Source: the human T2T-CHM13v2.0 reference genome, Homo sapiens
Assembly (NCBI RefSeq): GCF_009914755.1
Contig: NC_060940.1
DNA length: 64,000 bases
Reading direction: 5' to 3' (one strand)
Of the stretch, positions 43,101 through 57,088 are shown in pieces. The notes beneath the pieces are model-generated. The model worked only from the letters and a program-made list of their open reading frames with translations. It had not been told where the DNA came from and searched no databases. Both the position numbers and the translations under genes were made by a program. How positions within the stretch are numbered: the first letter of the stretch is position 1; each line of letters begins with the position of its first letter.

Positions 43101-44149
43101 AATGAGGGTGTAGGAATCTCACACCCACAGTAAATCCAGACCCTGTTCTCCCCACAGACAATATTCAGATATAGAGCCTCCAGAAAAAATGAGGACTTCA
43201 ACAATATGCAACAAAAAGCCCTACATCTGCAGTTATTTATCTTTTTATTTATTTCAGTAGAACCTCAAACAAAATTGTAGTTTCCTAAACACAACCTAAC
43301 ATATAAATGGTAATACTACAAAGTGGCAAAATTATAGCAATGGTATTATTATAACGGAATTTTTAACCACTCACCACAAGGAGTACATACTTAACAAACC
43401 ACATTAAATTCTCTATCCTTGCTCTCCAGAAAAGTAGTAACAACAGCAATAGTAGAGGGAATACTGGTAATGATATTGACAGCAGCCGATAGGTACTAGC
43501 GGTGGAGAAGCAAGGACTCCAAGCTAGTTCTGTCTGACTCCACTGTGCTCTACTGACTCCAACCATAAGAGTGCAACACAGATAAGCATGCCTGCTATTA
43601 ACATGATACACAGCCTGCATTTTGTTCTGCATATTTAAGACTTGTTCTCTGTCCTCACTCCTTCAATCATGCTGGTAAAACTCTTCTCCTCCTCCTAAGT
43701 CCCCATTTAGGCCCACAGAGAACAAAACCTGACCAACAATTCTACTCCCTGGAGAAGGGGTGGGGAGGAAGCCTCCACCCTCAGGCCCCCATACCTGCTC
43801 CTTCTCTCCTAGAAGGAACTGGAATTTCCATGACTGAGGAGAGTGAGATTGGGCTCCATTCCCCTCCCCACCACTGCAGTGGTACTGAGAGAAAATGGCC
43901 TCCTTTTTGACTGCAGGCTCTTCTTAGACTGCCTGTGAGCTGATGGGGGTGAGCAGGCCAGGCAGGCCTCTGCTCTCAGCTCTAGCTTTACCATTACTGA
44001 GGCTGAAACTATGATATTATCTCTATGTTTGAGTCTTGGATCTCTTTTGCAAACTAGTTAGAATCTGGGGAAGAAAGTCATAACCAATTAAGGCCCCAAA
44101 CTTCCTAGAAGCCAAAATCTTTATCCTTTGTCTCAGCATTCCTCTCGTG

Positions 44150-44663
44150 ACTACCACCGCCTATACCACCATCAATGACAGCACCACCACCATCTACACC
44201 ACCATCACCACCACCATCTACACCACCACCACCCACCAACTCTACAAATACTAACATCACCACTACCACCACCATCAGTGACAACAATACCACCACCATC
44301 TACACCACCACCACCACTACCACTATCAATGACAACAATATTACCACCAACTACACTACCATACTACTAATACCAATACCATCTACACACACCAGCACCA
44401 TCACCCACCACTACCCACCAACACTACTAATAGTAACAACACCAGTACCAACATCAATAACACTACCACTACCATCTATACCATCACCACCATCAATGAC
44501 AACAATATCACCACCATCTATACTACCAACACCAACACTACCACCACTACCCACCACCCTCCAGCACTACCACCAATACCACCAACAACAACAACACAAA
44601 TGTCAATACCAAGACCACCATCAATACCACCACCACCACCACCACCACCACCAGCACTACCGC
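44150..44663. repeat. Degenerate trinucleotide (CAC/CAA/CAT/TAC)n low-complexity tract, ~510 bp
   Basis: Direct reading; includes a pure (CAC)n run near 44625-44652. Confidence 0.95.
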
Positions 44664-44736
44664 CTCTGTAAATATTCAGAATTGAACTGCAATCTGCCAG
44701 TACAAGTGTCCAATTTCTTGCCATTCCTGGTATTAC

Positions 44737-44871
44737 CTTGTTCTCCTCTGGAGTAAAGAGGATTCGGAATATGGAAGGCACTCCAGGAGCCACTTTGTGG
44801 CCAATATCTTTGGGGCTGATTACTTTAAAGTAAGGCGAACTTTCTTCCACAACTTTCACCAACCTTGGAAT
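44737..44871 (-). CDS. HYDIN: HYDIN exon 5: IPRLVKVVEESSPYFKVISPKDIGHKVAPGVPSIFRILFTPEENK
   Basis: Acceptor tttccctgcag|ATT, donor AAG|gtaata; 135 nt; within ORF 44518..44928. Confidence 0.96.
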
Positions 44872-45155
44872 CTGCAGGGAAACACATGATGATGAACATC
44901 GTGCATGTGAAAAAGCAGAGTTAAACACAGACTGAAATCCATCAACTACTTACTAGACGTGTGACCTTGGTCAGGTCTGAACTTCAGTCTTCTCAACTAT
45001 AAAAGGAGATGATAGTACTTATCTTTATCCCATACAAAGTAAGCACCCAATACCTTCTAGCTTTCATTTTTATTAACATTATTATTCTTAGTTATTTTTA
45101 TTATTATTACAAGTCTTTGTTCATTTTAAAATTAAATCATTTAAAAGTGACTATC

Positions 45156-45474
<319 letters not shown>

Positions 45475-47212
45475 TTAATCAGCTAAAACCTCACCCACAT
45501 AATGGAGTTAAGCTGGATTTCCCAACATTTGAGCATTTGAGAACTGCTCTGAGAGAAGTCACACTTCCTGCACCCCTTCAATGGCCCATCTATAGCACAT
45601 TATATGCCACCTCATCCTCACCATAATCTTTGAGCTTCATTTTGACTCCCATGCTACAGACACTTGTCTACAGTAGTACAGCTCCACCAAGCAAAGGTGC
45701 TGGGAGTCAAGTCCCAGCCAAACTCCACCCCACCTCTCCATGGGATGGTCCTGAGTAAACACCACAAAGCAAGAGCAAAGAGCAGCAGGAGATCCCCCAG
45801 AGCAGTCTCAGAGCAGCTCCCAACAGCTCCATTCTTTTAAAGTCTTATTCTTCTGCTGGAATCTGAACCCAGATTAGTCTGACTCTGGAGTGTGGGTCCT
45901 TATCATTTTAACCCAATTAAAATCACAAGTGTTCTGGCTTATTCTCATCCTCTGTGTGTGAGGGACGGAGACACAAAAGTAATAACCTGACAGGCTCTAT
46001 CTTTTGTACCCCACGACAGTGAGGAAGCAAATAAAAGGTGAAAGCATTTCTCGGGGCCCCAAATCTCTCCCCATGGTTCTTTATGAAACTGTGAACTAAA
46101 GAAGCAGAGGAGCAGGGTCACATCAGCCACCTGGCATGAGGGTCCTGGAGTCACCAGAGGACAAGCCTGCCTCGCCTGGAGAGAACTGTCTGCCTCTTGG
46201 TAGCTGGGCGTTCCTAGGATGGGACCCTCTTTCCATGTGGCCAGCACTCTGGCTGCATCTTATCAAGAGATGTTGGTTATCCATGAGAACTGAGTGTCTG
46301 GCAGACAAAACTCACACGTGCCCTTTACCCCGACTTGCTATTAAACAACCACTGATGACCATTTCTTGTTTAAGGTCAGAGAGGATGCTTTGGACTGTAC
46401 CACTTTAGTAGGCTAAAAATACCTCAGCAAGAGTCAAAAAGTAATATAGAAAGGGAAAAGAGAGTCAGAAGTGAGAACTGAACTGCATGAAAAGATAGAG
46501 CCCTAATGTCTGTGCAATGCACCTCTTCTTGAGGTCTAGGAACACAATCTTGTGTACCTCCAGTTCTTTTCCTTCCCTTTCATTTCTGACCCATGAGCTT
46601 CTCTTACTAATGCTACTGCAGAAAAGAATGAAACAGACCATTTTCTCCAGAGTCTGGCTTTGCTGTCACTAAATCACCCCACTGATCTCTGCAAGGCATC
46701 GCTGATTCCCTTAATGAGCTGCTGTACCAAATATAACTGCAAGTCCATTTGCTTTGGATTCTTGCATAGTCTTTACTTAATTTCTATTTTGTCTTATAGC
46801 TAGAATTTTTTGTCTCCACATTCTTAGACCCCTGAAAGTATTCCTCCTTGTCTTTATACCCAGATTTCCCATCTCTCCAATGCCTTCCTCCCCATCTGAT
46901 TACTTTTCACACTCAAGTATGCTTCATGCTGAACTTCTGCATTACTTTCTTTCATTATTGTTAAGTGTCAAGAAACTCTTCAGGCATTTAATATCTTTTC
47001 TTGAAATAAACCCTAATTTATCTCTAAAGAAAAAGTCATAAGGCTGAAAAAGAAATCTTCCATTACAATTGCAAAGAGACAAGACATAGACAGTGAGAGA
47101 AGCCTTCAAAACTGACTGTAGACAAACTTTGAAGGCTATCTTCTACAGAAAGAAGAAGACAGAAAAAAAGGAAAGGGACCTACATTTTTTAGAAGTGAAA
47201 AGAAGGCTTTTA

Positions 47213-47659
<447 letters not shown>

Positions 47660-48058
47660 TCATGAGTAGGGTTTATATCTTGAATTGGGGAAATGATGTC
47701 TCTAAGGAAGACTACATAAACATTAATAGTAATTTCCCTATCTTAAATAAAAACCTAGCCCAATTTGTCATACATAAGAACCCCGTGACATTCATCTGGT
47801 CAATCCTTTAATCAACAAAAGTTAGTGCACACGTTGGGAGTTCACTACGTGTTAGGCACTGGTTAGGACTCAACATATAGCAACAAACAGACACAGCCTT
47901 GTCGTCATTAAGTTTACAATCAAAGAAGATGTTTTCATACTATTTTCCTAAGTCTATCAAATTAAAGAACTTATCAAAGATCCCTCAAGATCTCATTTTA
48001 CTTTAACCCATTCTCATATATCCTGGAACAGTTCACCCACCCCAGTGAACATACTCAC

Positions 48059-48178
48059 TTTGTCATTGTTCCTCAAAATCAGTGGAACTTCATAGACTTC
48101 ACAGGGAGTGTAGTTCTGAAATATAATTTCTGATGGAAAGGGCTGGAATAATGCCTGATCCAGGTCAATTCCTGAAAA
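48059..48178 (-). CDS. HYDIN: HYDIN exon 4: FSGIDLDQALFQPFPSEIIFQNYTPCEVYEVPLILRNNDK (start of first ASH/Ig-like domain)
   Basis: Acceptor ctttcaactgaag|TTT, donor AAA|gtgagt; 120 nt; within ORF 48014..48223. Confidence 0.96.
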
Positions 48179-48249
48179 CTTCAGTTGAAAGAGTAAATTA
48201 TTGTTATAGTCACACATTGACAAAAATGACTGGGGAAGATAAGAAAATA

Positions 48250-50630
48250 CTACGTAGACCTGTGGATATTAAAACTAAACATGGGAAATATTCAAAAAGA
48301 AATCCATACCCAAGTACATCATTGTAAAAGCACTAAAACACAGGACAAAAGAATGTGTAAAAGAAACTGGAGGGAAAAATAGAATATTTAACTTTCAAGG
48401 AGCAAAAACACATGCCTACTTTTCAACATCACAAGTCAGAAGGCAGAGGAATAAAATTTTTTAAATCCTGAAAAAAAAAAAACAAACCTCTGCAGGCATA
48501 GTATTTTTTACCTGGGGAAAGTCCCTTCAAAAACGAAGTTTGAATAAACACATTTTCAGAGAAATAAAAATTGAAAAATGTTGTCACCAACTTCTAAAGG
48601 AAATACCAAAGGGTATTCTTTATGGAGAAGAGAATTTCTCTTAGAAGTTCAGAGATGCAGGAAGGAAAGGAGAATAATAAAGGGGTAAATATGTGGTTAC
48701 TCTAAATGAATTCTCATCATACAAAACAATAATACAAATAACTAGCTTACTAATGGGATGTGTGCCCTGGTTGGGCACTGCACAACAGAACCAAATTGGA
48801 CTTGGACCCCTCATTTCCTGTTCTATTTTGATTTTAACAAAGTACTTGCTTTTTATTTAACCAACCACTGAGAAGCCAGGTTTGTAAAGTATGACATCAT
48901 CAAAGTGAATATAGCATCATCCAATGCTGAAACTACGAATTACCCCAAGCTAGTAGCCTGTTTAGCATCCAGTAGATTTTGGGTAGTGCCAGGTTTCCCT
49001 TGAAAATTCAGACTATCCAATGATGCCCTGTGAGTTCACGGTTGCGCCCTGGGGCACCTTGGCACACAGTTTGAAAACTGCAGCTGTAAGTATCCATCTT
49101 AATAAGTTAGAATAAATAGCAAAATAAATCCAAATAAAGAAAAAAATTGACATGACAAAAACAGGAGAGGAAATTAATGAAATAAAAGTAACTATACTAT
49201 AAAAACAACAAAGTGAAATTCAGGTCTTTAAAAAGATTAATAAAATTGACAAAATACCTCATGAGTTTGATCAAGAAAATATGACAGAAGGCACAAAGAA
49301 CAAATAGAAAGAATGGAAATGGGAATATTACAATAGAACCCAAATTCAGTAAAAAAATAATAAATATTATGTCAATAAATGTGAAAATATAGATAAAAAT
49401 ACAAATTCCTAGAAAAATACAATAAAAATGTATCAAAACTGGCACAAGAAGAAACAGAACATCTGAATAGTTCTAAAACTGTTACAGAAATTATATCTGT
49501 AAACAAACCCTTTTACAGAGAAAATTCCAAACCCAGATAGCTTTACAAGCAAATTCTACCAAACATAAAAGAAACAACTCAAGTATTATAGAAACTGTCC
49601 CAAAGAAAAGAAAAACAAAAAAATGAAATGTTTCCCAACTCAGTCTATAACGTTAGCATAACCTCCTTTATATATCTGAGAAAGACACTAAGGGAAAAGA
49701 AAACTATAGGCCAGTCTCATTCATAAACCATAGACAGATAGACAGATAGATGAAAGAAAGAGAAAAAAAATTTGCAAACTGAAACTGAAACTGGCACTAT
49801 ATAAAAACGATAACACATCATGACCAAGTTGGGTTCATCTCAGAAATTCAAGGTTGTTTTAATACTAGAAATCAAACAAGAAGAAACAAAACTGTCATTT
49901 TCCCCAGGCAAAGTAATTGCTTATTTCAAAAATTCAAAATAACCTACAAATAAATCATTCTAATAATTCTTTTATTAGAATTAATAAGTGATTTATCAAG
50001 GTCATTGAGTACAAGGTCAACATATCAAAACCAATTCTATTTTTAGGTACTAGCAATGAACATTTAGGAAATGAAATTTATAAACAATATTACTTAAAAT
50101 AGTATCCTAAAATGTAAAACACATAGAAACAAATCCAATGAAAGATGTATAAGACCTTTATCCAGAAACTAAAAACATTATTGTTTTAAGGAATTAAGGA
50201 AGACCTTAACTGAAATTAAGGAAGACCTAACTGAATGCAGGAATACACTATTTTCATAAATTAAAAGAAATTTTTTCAGGATGTCAAATACTCCCCAAAT
50301 TTATCTGAAAATTCAATGCAATACATTAAAAAAAAAAATCCCAGCAGTTTTTTTTTTGAAACAAAAAAGCTGACTGAATTTATACGGAAATGCAAAGGAC
50401 CAAGAATAGACAAGATACATTCGAAGAACAAGATAGGAGGATTTGCTATATCAGGTAGCACAACATGATAATTATATTATTACATATCATATACTGTTAC
50501 TTACCACAGTAATGATAATGAGATATTAGCACAAGATTTATCAGAAAAATAAATGTACCAGATTAGAAAGCCCCCAAACCAATTATTAAATATATGGTCA
50601 CTTGATTTATGACAAAGGTAACACAGCTAA
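48250..50630 (+). mobile_element. Fragmented L1M ORF1-ORF2 remnant with a probable hAT-type DNA-element fragment at ~48750-49085
   Basis: L1 motifs (aaaactataggccagtctcattcataaac; tttatacggaaatgcaaaggaccaagaatag); approximate. Confidence 0.7.
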
Positions 50631-50849
50631 TCTACTTCTCACATCTTAGGTTAGTTTTCTTGATTATATAAGTGGAATAATACAGTATATACTCTTTAAT
50701 TTCTGGCTAATTGAATTTCTGCCATTAAGCAATCAGTCTTAACTACATCATTTCACCATAAGCTCAAAGAGCATAATGGAAAAAAAAGTCAAAGAGCACA
50801 AAGCAAATATTTAAGAATGTAAAGAAGTGAGCAGTTAGGAGAGATTAAA

Positions 50850-52310
50850 AATTCATGTCTTCATTCAATAAATATTGAGTTTCCAACATGTGCCACGTTC
50901 TTTTTTGTATGCTGAACATAGTGAACAAAGCCAAAAAAAGCCCTAACCTCATGAAGTTGACATTCTTGAAGCTCAAGCGATCATACAAAAAATATAGAAA
51001 TACAGAACATAAAGTCAGGTAGTGAAAAGGCTGTGAAAAAAAGCTAAAGCAGGACAAGGAGATGGCAGACTGGGAGGTGGCTGCTCTTTTAGATAGGCAG
51101 TCAAGAGAAGGCCTCTCTGAGATGACTTCTAAGTAGAGGTCTGAAGCAAGTCACACTAAGATTTTAGAATAGCACTCCAGTTAGAAGGGAAAGCAAGTGC
51201 AAAGTCCTTCAGGTGGAAATTACCTTTGAGTGTCTGAAGAGCAGCATAGGGAAAATTCACTGAGAAGAGACTGAGAGGGAGAAGAGTAGAAGGCAAAGAG
51301 GTCCGTGAGGAAGGCAGGACTAGATGGTACAGGACCTTGGAGGTTTTGGCACTGAGTTTAGATTTTATTATATGAGTAATGGGAAGTCACTGGATGGTTT
51401 TAAACATGGAAGTAACATGTTCTGATTTACATTTTAAAAAAACATTCTTACTGCTTTGTGATAATGGGGGCAGGGGGAGAACGAGATGGAAGCAGGGAGG
51501 CAATTTTGATATTCTAGATAATGGTGGCTTAAACTGGAATGGTGGTGGAGAACATGGTGAGAAGCAGTATGATTAAAGACACATTTGTGAAGGCAGAATT
51601 CATAGCACTTATCATTGGATCATAAGATGTAAAATAGAGAGGCATCAGGAATACAACTCCAAAGTGTTTGGTCTAGGAAAACATATAAGTGGGGGTATGA
51701 AAAGCAGGAAGAAAGAGACAAAGAGGAAAGATCAGGCTTTTAGAGATGGAATGTAAAGCTACAATTAGATCTTAAATATATTAAGTTTGAGCTGCCAACC
51801 ATACATTAAGCTGACTATATGATCCAGAGTTCAGGGGATAGACAGTGGCAGGAGATATAAATATAAAAGTAAACAACAAAAAGTAGAATTTAAAGCCTTT
51901 TTTCCTAGAAGAAGTCACCTAAGTTGTGAGTTCACAAGAGAAAGAAGTTCAAGTACCAAGTACTGGGAGCTCTAATATTTAGTGATCAGAAATGAGTGAA
52001 TAATCCAACAAATAAAATAAGCAAAAATCAACCAGTGAAAAGTAGAAAGAAAATCAAATGAGTATGCCATGTCAGATACAAGTGAATAAAAGGGTACAAA
52101 AAAGAGATGCTCACTGTATCAAATGCTATGAGACAACATGGAAGCAATATGTTCTGATTTACATTTTAAAGATTACTTTTACTGCTTTGTGATAATGGGG
52201 GCAGAGGGAGAATGAGATGGAAATAGGAAGGCTATGTCAGTATTCTAGATAATGGTGGCTTAAACTGGAATGGTGGTGGAGGAAGTGGTGAGAAGCGGGA
52301 TGATTAAAGA
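50850..52310 (-). mobile_element. L2 remnant with local internal duplication
   Basis: L2 3' end cattcaataaatattgag... and collinear L2 body. Confidence 0.7.
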
Positions 52311-53995
52311 GGTCTGTTGAACCAGGTCTGGTCTGGTAAAAAATGAAGCATAAAAGAAATATATACATAACTCAAAGTAAGGGACACAGAGGATAGCCTA
52401 ATGAATGTAATGACAATGCAATGGAAATGAACAGAAAGTTAAAAATGAATGAGAGAGGAAATGCAAGCTGTAGAAGGGCAGACAAAGAAGGTCCAACATA
52501 TTCATCATTGAAAAATGATATGAAAAAAATACTTGATAATTCAAGAAAAACTTTCTAAAAATAAAATAAAGGCGCACAGTACCTCAGGAAAAATGTAGTG
52601 TATCCTAATACTGAACTTTAAATAATAACAAACAATCTTTGGGCACATGGGCTAAAAGATTAACTTATGAGGGAGAAATCAGGCTGGCTTCCGACTTCTA
52701 CATACCATCATTTAAAGTCAGAAGGTCATAGGGAAAATGCCTGCAAAGCTGTTATGAAAATTTGTGGCCCAAGAATTTCATAAGTAACAAATCTGCAGTT
52801 CAGTATAAAGGCAAGACACAAATATTATCAAACACATAAAACAAAGAAATACAGTCTTCATAAGCTCTTATTGAAGAAATTAGTAGATGACTGCCACCCA
52901 TCTAAGAGATAAATGATTAAATCTCAGCATATAAATTAAAAATAACCAACTGAATTAAAGAGGAGAGGAGAGAAAGTGTAAAGTATCTGATTTCCTCATC
53001 CTTTATAGCAGAGTCAAAACACATTAAAATACACTAGTAGTACACATGAAAAACTCCTCATAGCCTGTTATGTGTTATGCTTTCAGAAAAGAGGAAATGG
53101 TCCTTAATTAGAAGAAATGTCTTGGAAAAGACCATGTTCCCTCCACTCAAATTTGGAGGGTGGTTGTGGGAAACAGACAAAACAATAAAAAGCTAGCAAT
53201 GCTCAGAACAGTGAAGCTTATGCATATCCTAGACAAAGGAAGCAATGGTGTAGCAGTAACAGCAGACAAGCCTCAAAGACTCATTCTTCATGAGGAACAT
53301 AACATTGAAAAACTCTCAGGAATTTTCAGAGGAAAATTCTGAGGAACTCTTTGAGAAGAGGTTAATCTCCCCAGCAGCCCAACTATTGGAGGTTCATACC
53401 ATAATTTGTGCATTAAAAGTAAAGGATATAATTTAAGAAATTAATTAAAAAATAGGAAACCAGACCTTCTATAATCACATGCTCCTAAAGCCTGGAAGGT
53501 ATGGTTTACATTCGAATATAGAAACATGATAAAATCACTATTCTTTAGAGACAAAAGGATATGTCTGTTACTGGAAATGAGCCAGAATAGACAACGAATG
53601 CCTACTTTAATTAACAATTCCAACTCCTTCTTTTCTAGTGGGCAGCTCAGATAAGGAGAGATTACTTGTTACACTAAGACAATAACTTAATTGGGCTTGA
53701 CTAATATAATTCTTAGAATTACTCCTAACCTGTGTAAACTATAGCGTCAAATAGTATTCAGAAGTAGCTAAGAAAGAAGTATAACTAGTCAAAAGTTATT
53801 TTAAAAGAGGTTTGCACTTGCAGTCTTCACCATACCAAATCACAGATATGAAGACATTCAGAGGCAGAAAAGGAGGATTGAAAACAAACCCAATAAAGGA
53901 TTAGGTAGCCAAGAAACAAATTTTACTTATTGTTCTGGAATTTTGGTGTTGTGCCAGGGCCCACTTTATATGTAAGTACGACAGAGAGCAGCTAC

Positions 53996-54121
53996 CTTCT
54001 GATGTGTTGTTTCCCCCATATCTAAGAGTTCGATGATCTGTGGTCGGCACATCAAACGTGTTTTTGCCAGTCTCTGCTCGGTGGTCAGGGACATTTCCTT
54101 CAGGAACTCTGAGGGTGTAAG
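53996..54121 (-). CDS. HYDIN: HYDIN exon 3: LTPSEFLKEMSLTTEQRLAKTRLMCRPQIIELLDMGETTHQK
   Basis: Acceptor ttttacattctag|CTT, donor AAG|gtagct; 126 nt, phase 0/0; this frame is not in the ORF track. Confidence 0.95.
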
Positions 54122-55891
54122 CTAGAATGTAAAACAATAAGAACCAAAGATTCTTAAGTGGATGTACTGAAAAAGTGTTTTCATAAGTACCAGTAATGAA
54201 TAATTTGTGTTTGCAGCTTTCAGGATAATTCTGGAATGCCACTAAGTTCCCTTATAAAATATTTAAAATAAGTAAATTATATAAGAGAAGTACCCACGCA
54301 CTTTTGAGGTCTTTGCACGGTAATTGAAAATGACATGTGTTTGCTGTTTCCTTATGATTTTGAAGGAATCACACAAAAGAACCTGAGAGAAAAAAGTCAA
54401 GAAATTGCACAGGAACATGTCCAAAGAGCTTAACATTTATGCTCAGAAGAGGCATCTGTGCATAAAACTCTCAGTTTGTAAAGTCACTCAAGGGCTTCAA
54501 AAACCAGGAGTTTGAAATACCTCTATTTCTCAACTAACATTACAATATGCAAACAAAGCTTTTGGGTGTTTAACTATGATATGATGTTAGAGAGAAATCT
54601 TATAAAATTGCAAAGATCTAGGAAGTGTGACTACATCACTTAGGAATGAGTTTGAACTTTAGAGACATCACAAGGGTGCATTTAGACCTCGCTTTGAAAG
54701 AGCTCTGAGCTAATCAGCAGATCCCACAGCCAGTCACATTCACACACCCCAGTAAGAACACAAAATGCTTTTACCCTTTCCAATGTTATGAGAAAAAAAA
54801 AGTAACCTAGCATTTAAATAAAACTAACCCAACAAGGGATTAGTTACCCAGAACCAATGTTATTGTGGTTCTAGAATGTTCCTACTATATGTGCAGGGAG
54901 ATTATGATCATTGGCAGCTACACAATGCTCAAGTATATGCCAAGATTTTTACAAAACATTTGAGGGTATATAACTTAGCTGCTTTATGTTGCCTTGGGTT
55001 AAACACAATGTACTTTAAAAATGCTTATTTTTCTACAAATTTTATTTCTGTGATTTAATCCATTTAAATGAAGGTATATTTCTAATACAGCTTTCAACTT
55101 GGTTAAGATCTTTTTGATTGGAACCCAGATAAGGACAATAAAATGTTAAGAGGTGTCAGCTATATTGTGATTTAAATTAAAATAATTAGGTCTTAAAAGC
55201 AAAATGCCAGGAGTTTCTTTAAATATGTACCAACAACCATCACAAAAGAGAATAATGATTGATTTTATTTCTCTAATTGGAATGTAACTTAAGATTAGTT
55301 TTTAAAATGTAGTGAATACTATCCCTGGCACTATACATTTTTACTAATATTTTCTACAGCATGTGGTTCATAAATTATCACCAATCATTATAAATAATTA
55401 AAGCTATAAATATGTTTTATTTTAAAGAACAGGAAAAATACCTATTTTTCTTAAATACCACTTAGTCATTATTTTAATGCTCTGTGTTCTATAAATATAC
55501 AAACAAAAATTACTCTTGCCAATCGGTAGGTAGTAAATAATTAGGTTGAATCCTATGAAATTCTGATATTTGACTGTTTTTGAACTAAACAAATGACAGT
55601 TTGTCATGGTGCTACCTAATATTTAGAAAATCTTAATAGTTCATTTGTAAAGTCTCACTTCAACTGATTAGTTTAAGCAAATCAAGCCTCTACTTTGAAG
55701 TATGTATGCAATTTCAAAACTTCTCAGGCTTTAAAAGGTATCTACACTCTGCAGAAAGCTACCATTATAACTAAATTGATATTAATCAGTCAGTAATTCT
55801 GTTTGGCATTCTGAGAATGCCAAGTAGCAACTGTCATTCTCCTAAGGAGATTGCATTAAGTATTTTACATATTAATTCCCGGATACATTAC

Positions 55892-56026
55892 CATTCGGTT
55901 TACTTCTTCTTCTGTAACCACCTTTGGACTCAGGGGTGGCAAAACCTTGCTTTGAAATCCTTTGAACATATTGACCAATCCCATCTGAACAGCCCCCATG
56001 GACTCCTCAAGTCTTCTACTTGTCAT
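55892..56026 (-). CDS. HYDIN: HYDIN exon 2 coding part, with start codon: MTSRRLEESMGAVQMGLVNMFKGFQSKVLPPLSPKVVTEEEVNRM
   Basis: ATG at 56026-56024 in context AAAATGA; donor ATG|gtaatg at 55892; 135 nt, phase 0. Confidence 0.95.
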
Positions 56027-56049
56027 TTTTAGTAATTTTTTTTTCTCAC
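56027..56049 (-). other. HYDIN: HYDIN exon 2, 23 nt upstream of the ATG (5'UTR part)
   Basis: Acceptor tttcactcttag|GTGAGAAAAAAAAATTACTAAAA-ATG. Confidence 0.85.
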
Positions 56050-57088
56050 CTAAGAGTGAAACAAAAATGTCTTAGAACAAATACAGTTAATTCCTGAATA
56101 CAGGTCATAATTTTTTTTAAGCTTTTTCAAATACAGGAAGGTTTAGAAAATACTGATCTTCCGAAATCCAAATGCTTGGAACAAATATCTCAACAAAGGA
56201 TTCTATTCCATATAACTAGATTTATCCTTCTCCCAAGATCTAGAATCTATTTTAGACAAAATAAGGGATTCTAGACTAAGCTCAGGAAGACATGGAAGTA
56301 CAAGTTACTTCTACATTTTGCCCCTTTTATCTTCCCAATGAGAAAAACAAACACTGCCCAATAAACATACTAAATAGTTTGATAATTTATCTACATATTT
56401 GAAAGCGCTCTCTTAGGAGAATCGACCCTTCAAACAGAATAAATACAAGGTTACAGGGCTTCACAGCTGGACAGAGATTCGAAATAGCATGAGATAAGAC
56501 AGGCAAAGGAAAGTTCTGGGAAAAGTTTTAAAGCTTATAGTCATAAATAAGCCAGTGAATAGCCACCCAATATCTCTGAATCAAAGAAATATGGCATCTC
56601 CCTTTTGCATATTCTTGCTCAGACTTCTGGTAGAACACTTGCAACTTCAGAAAACCATCTATGACTAGGTAGGGATTTCTATTTTTATTGATAGCAGGCT
56701 AGGTTATCCAATCATTGTGCTAAAAAAGAGAACTAAAAATTATTGATAAAATATCAAATTAAAAACCCTAAAACCATTAAAAACAAACAAACAAACAAAC
56801 AAACAAAAACCTCACAAGACAGTAAGGAAGTACCAGACCAAGACATAGGAAGAAGAGCTATATAAAGGAAAGTAGATTTGAAGGAAAATGTAATAAGGCA
56901 CACTGAAATAAAGCAGTAAAACACCCAAGGAAATGAATATGAAATTTTAAAAAAGGAAAAAGGGGTCATTATGGCAGAAAGCCTCTAAGATGGCAATCAA
57001 TGAAACAGAAGACAGTCAAGGAAGATCCACCATGCTATAATTGGAGCTCCTTAAGAAGAGAATAAAGTAATGGAATGAAACTAATATT

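Noticed and set aside
44175-44756. 193-aa Thr/Pro/His-rich ORF resembling a mucin
   Set aside because: By-product of the CAC/CAA triplet tract, which lacks stops in this frame; no gene structure
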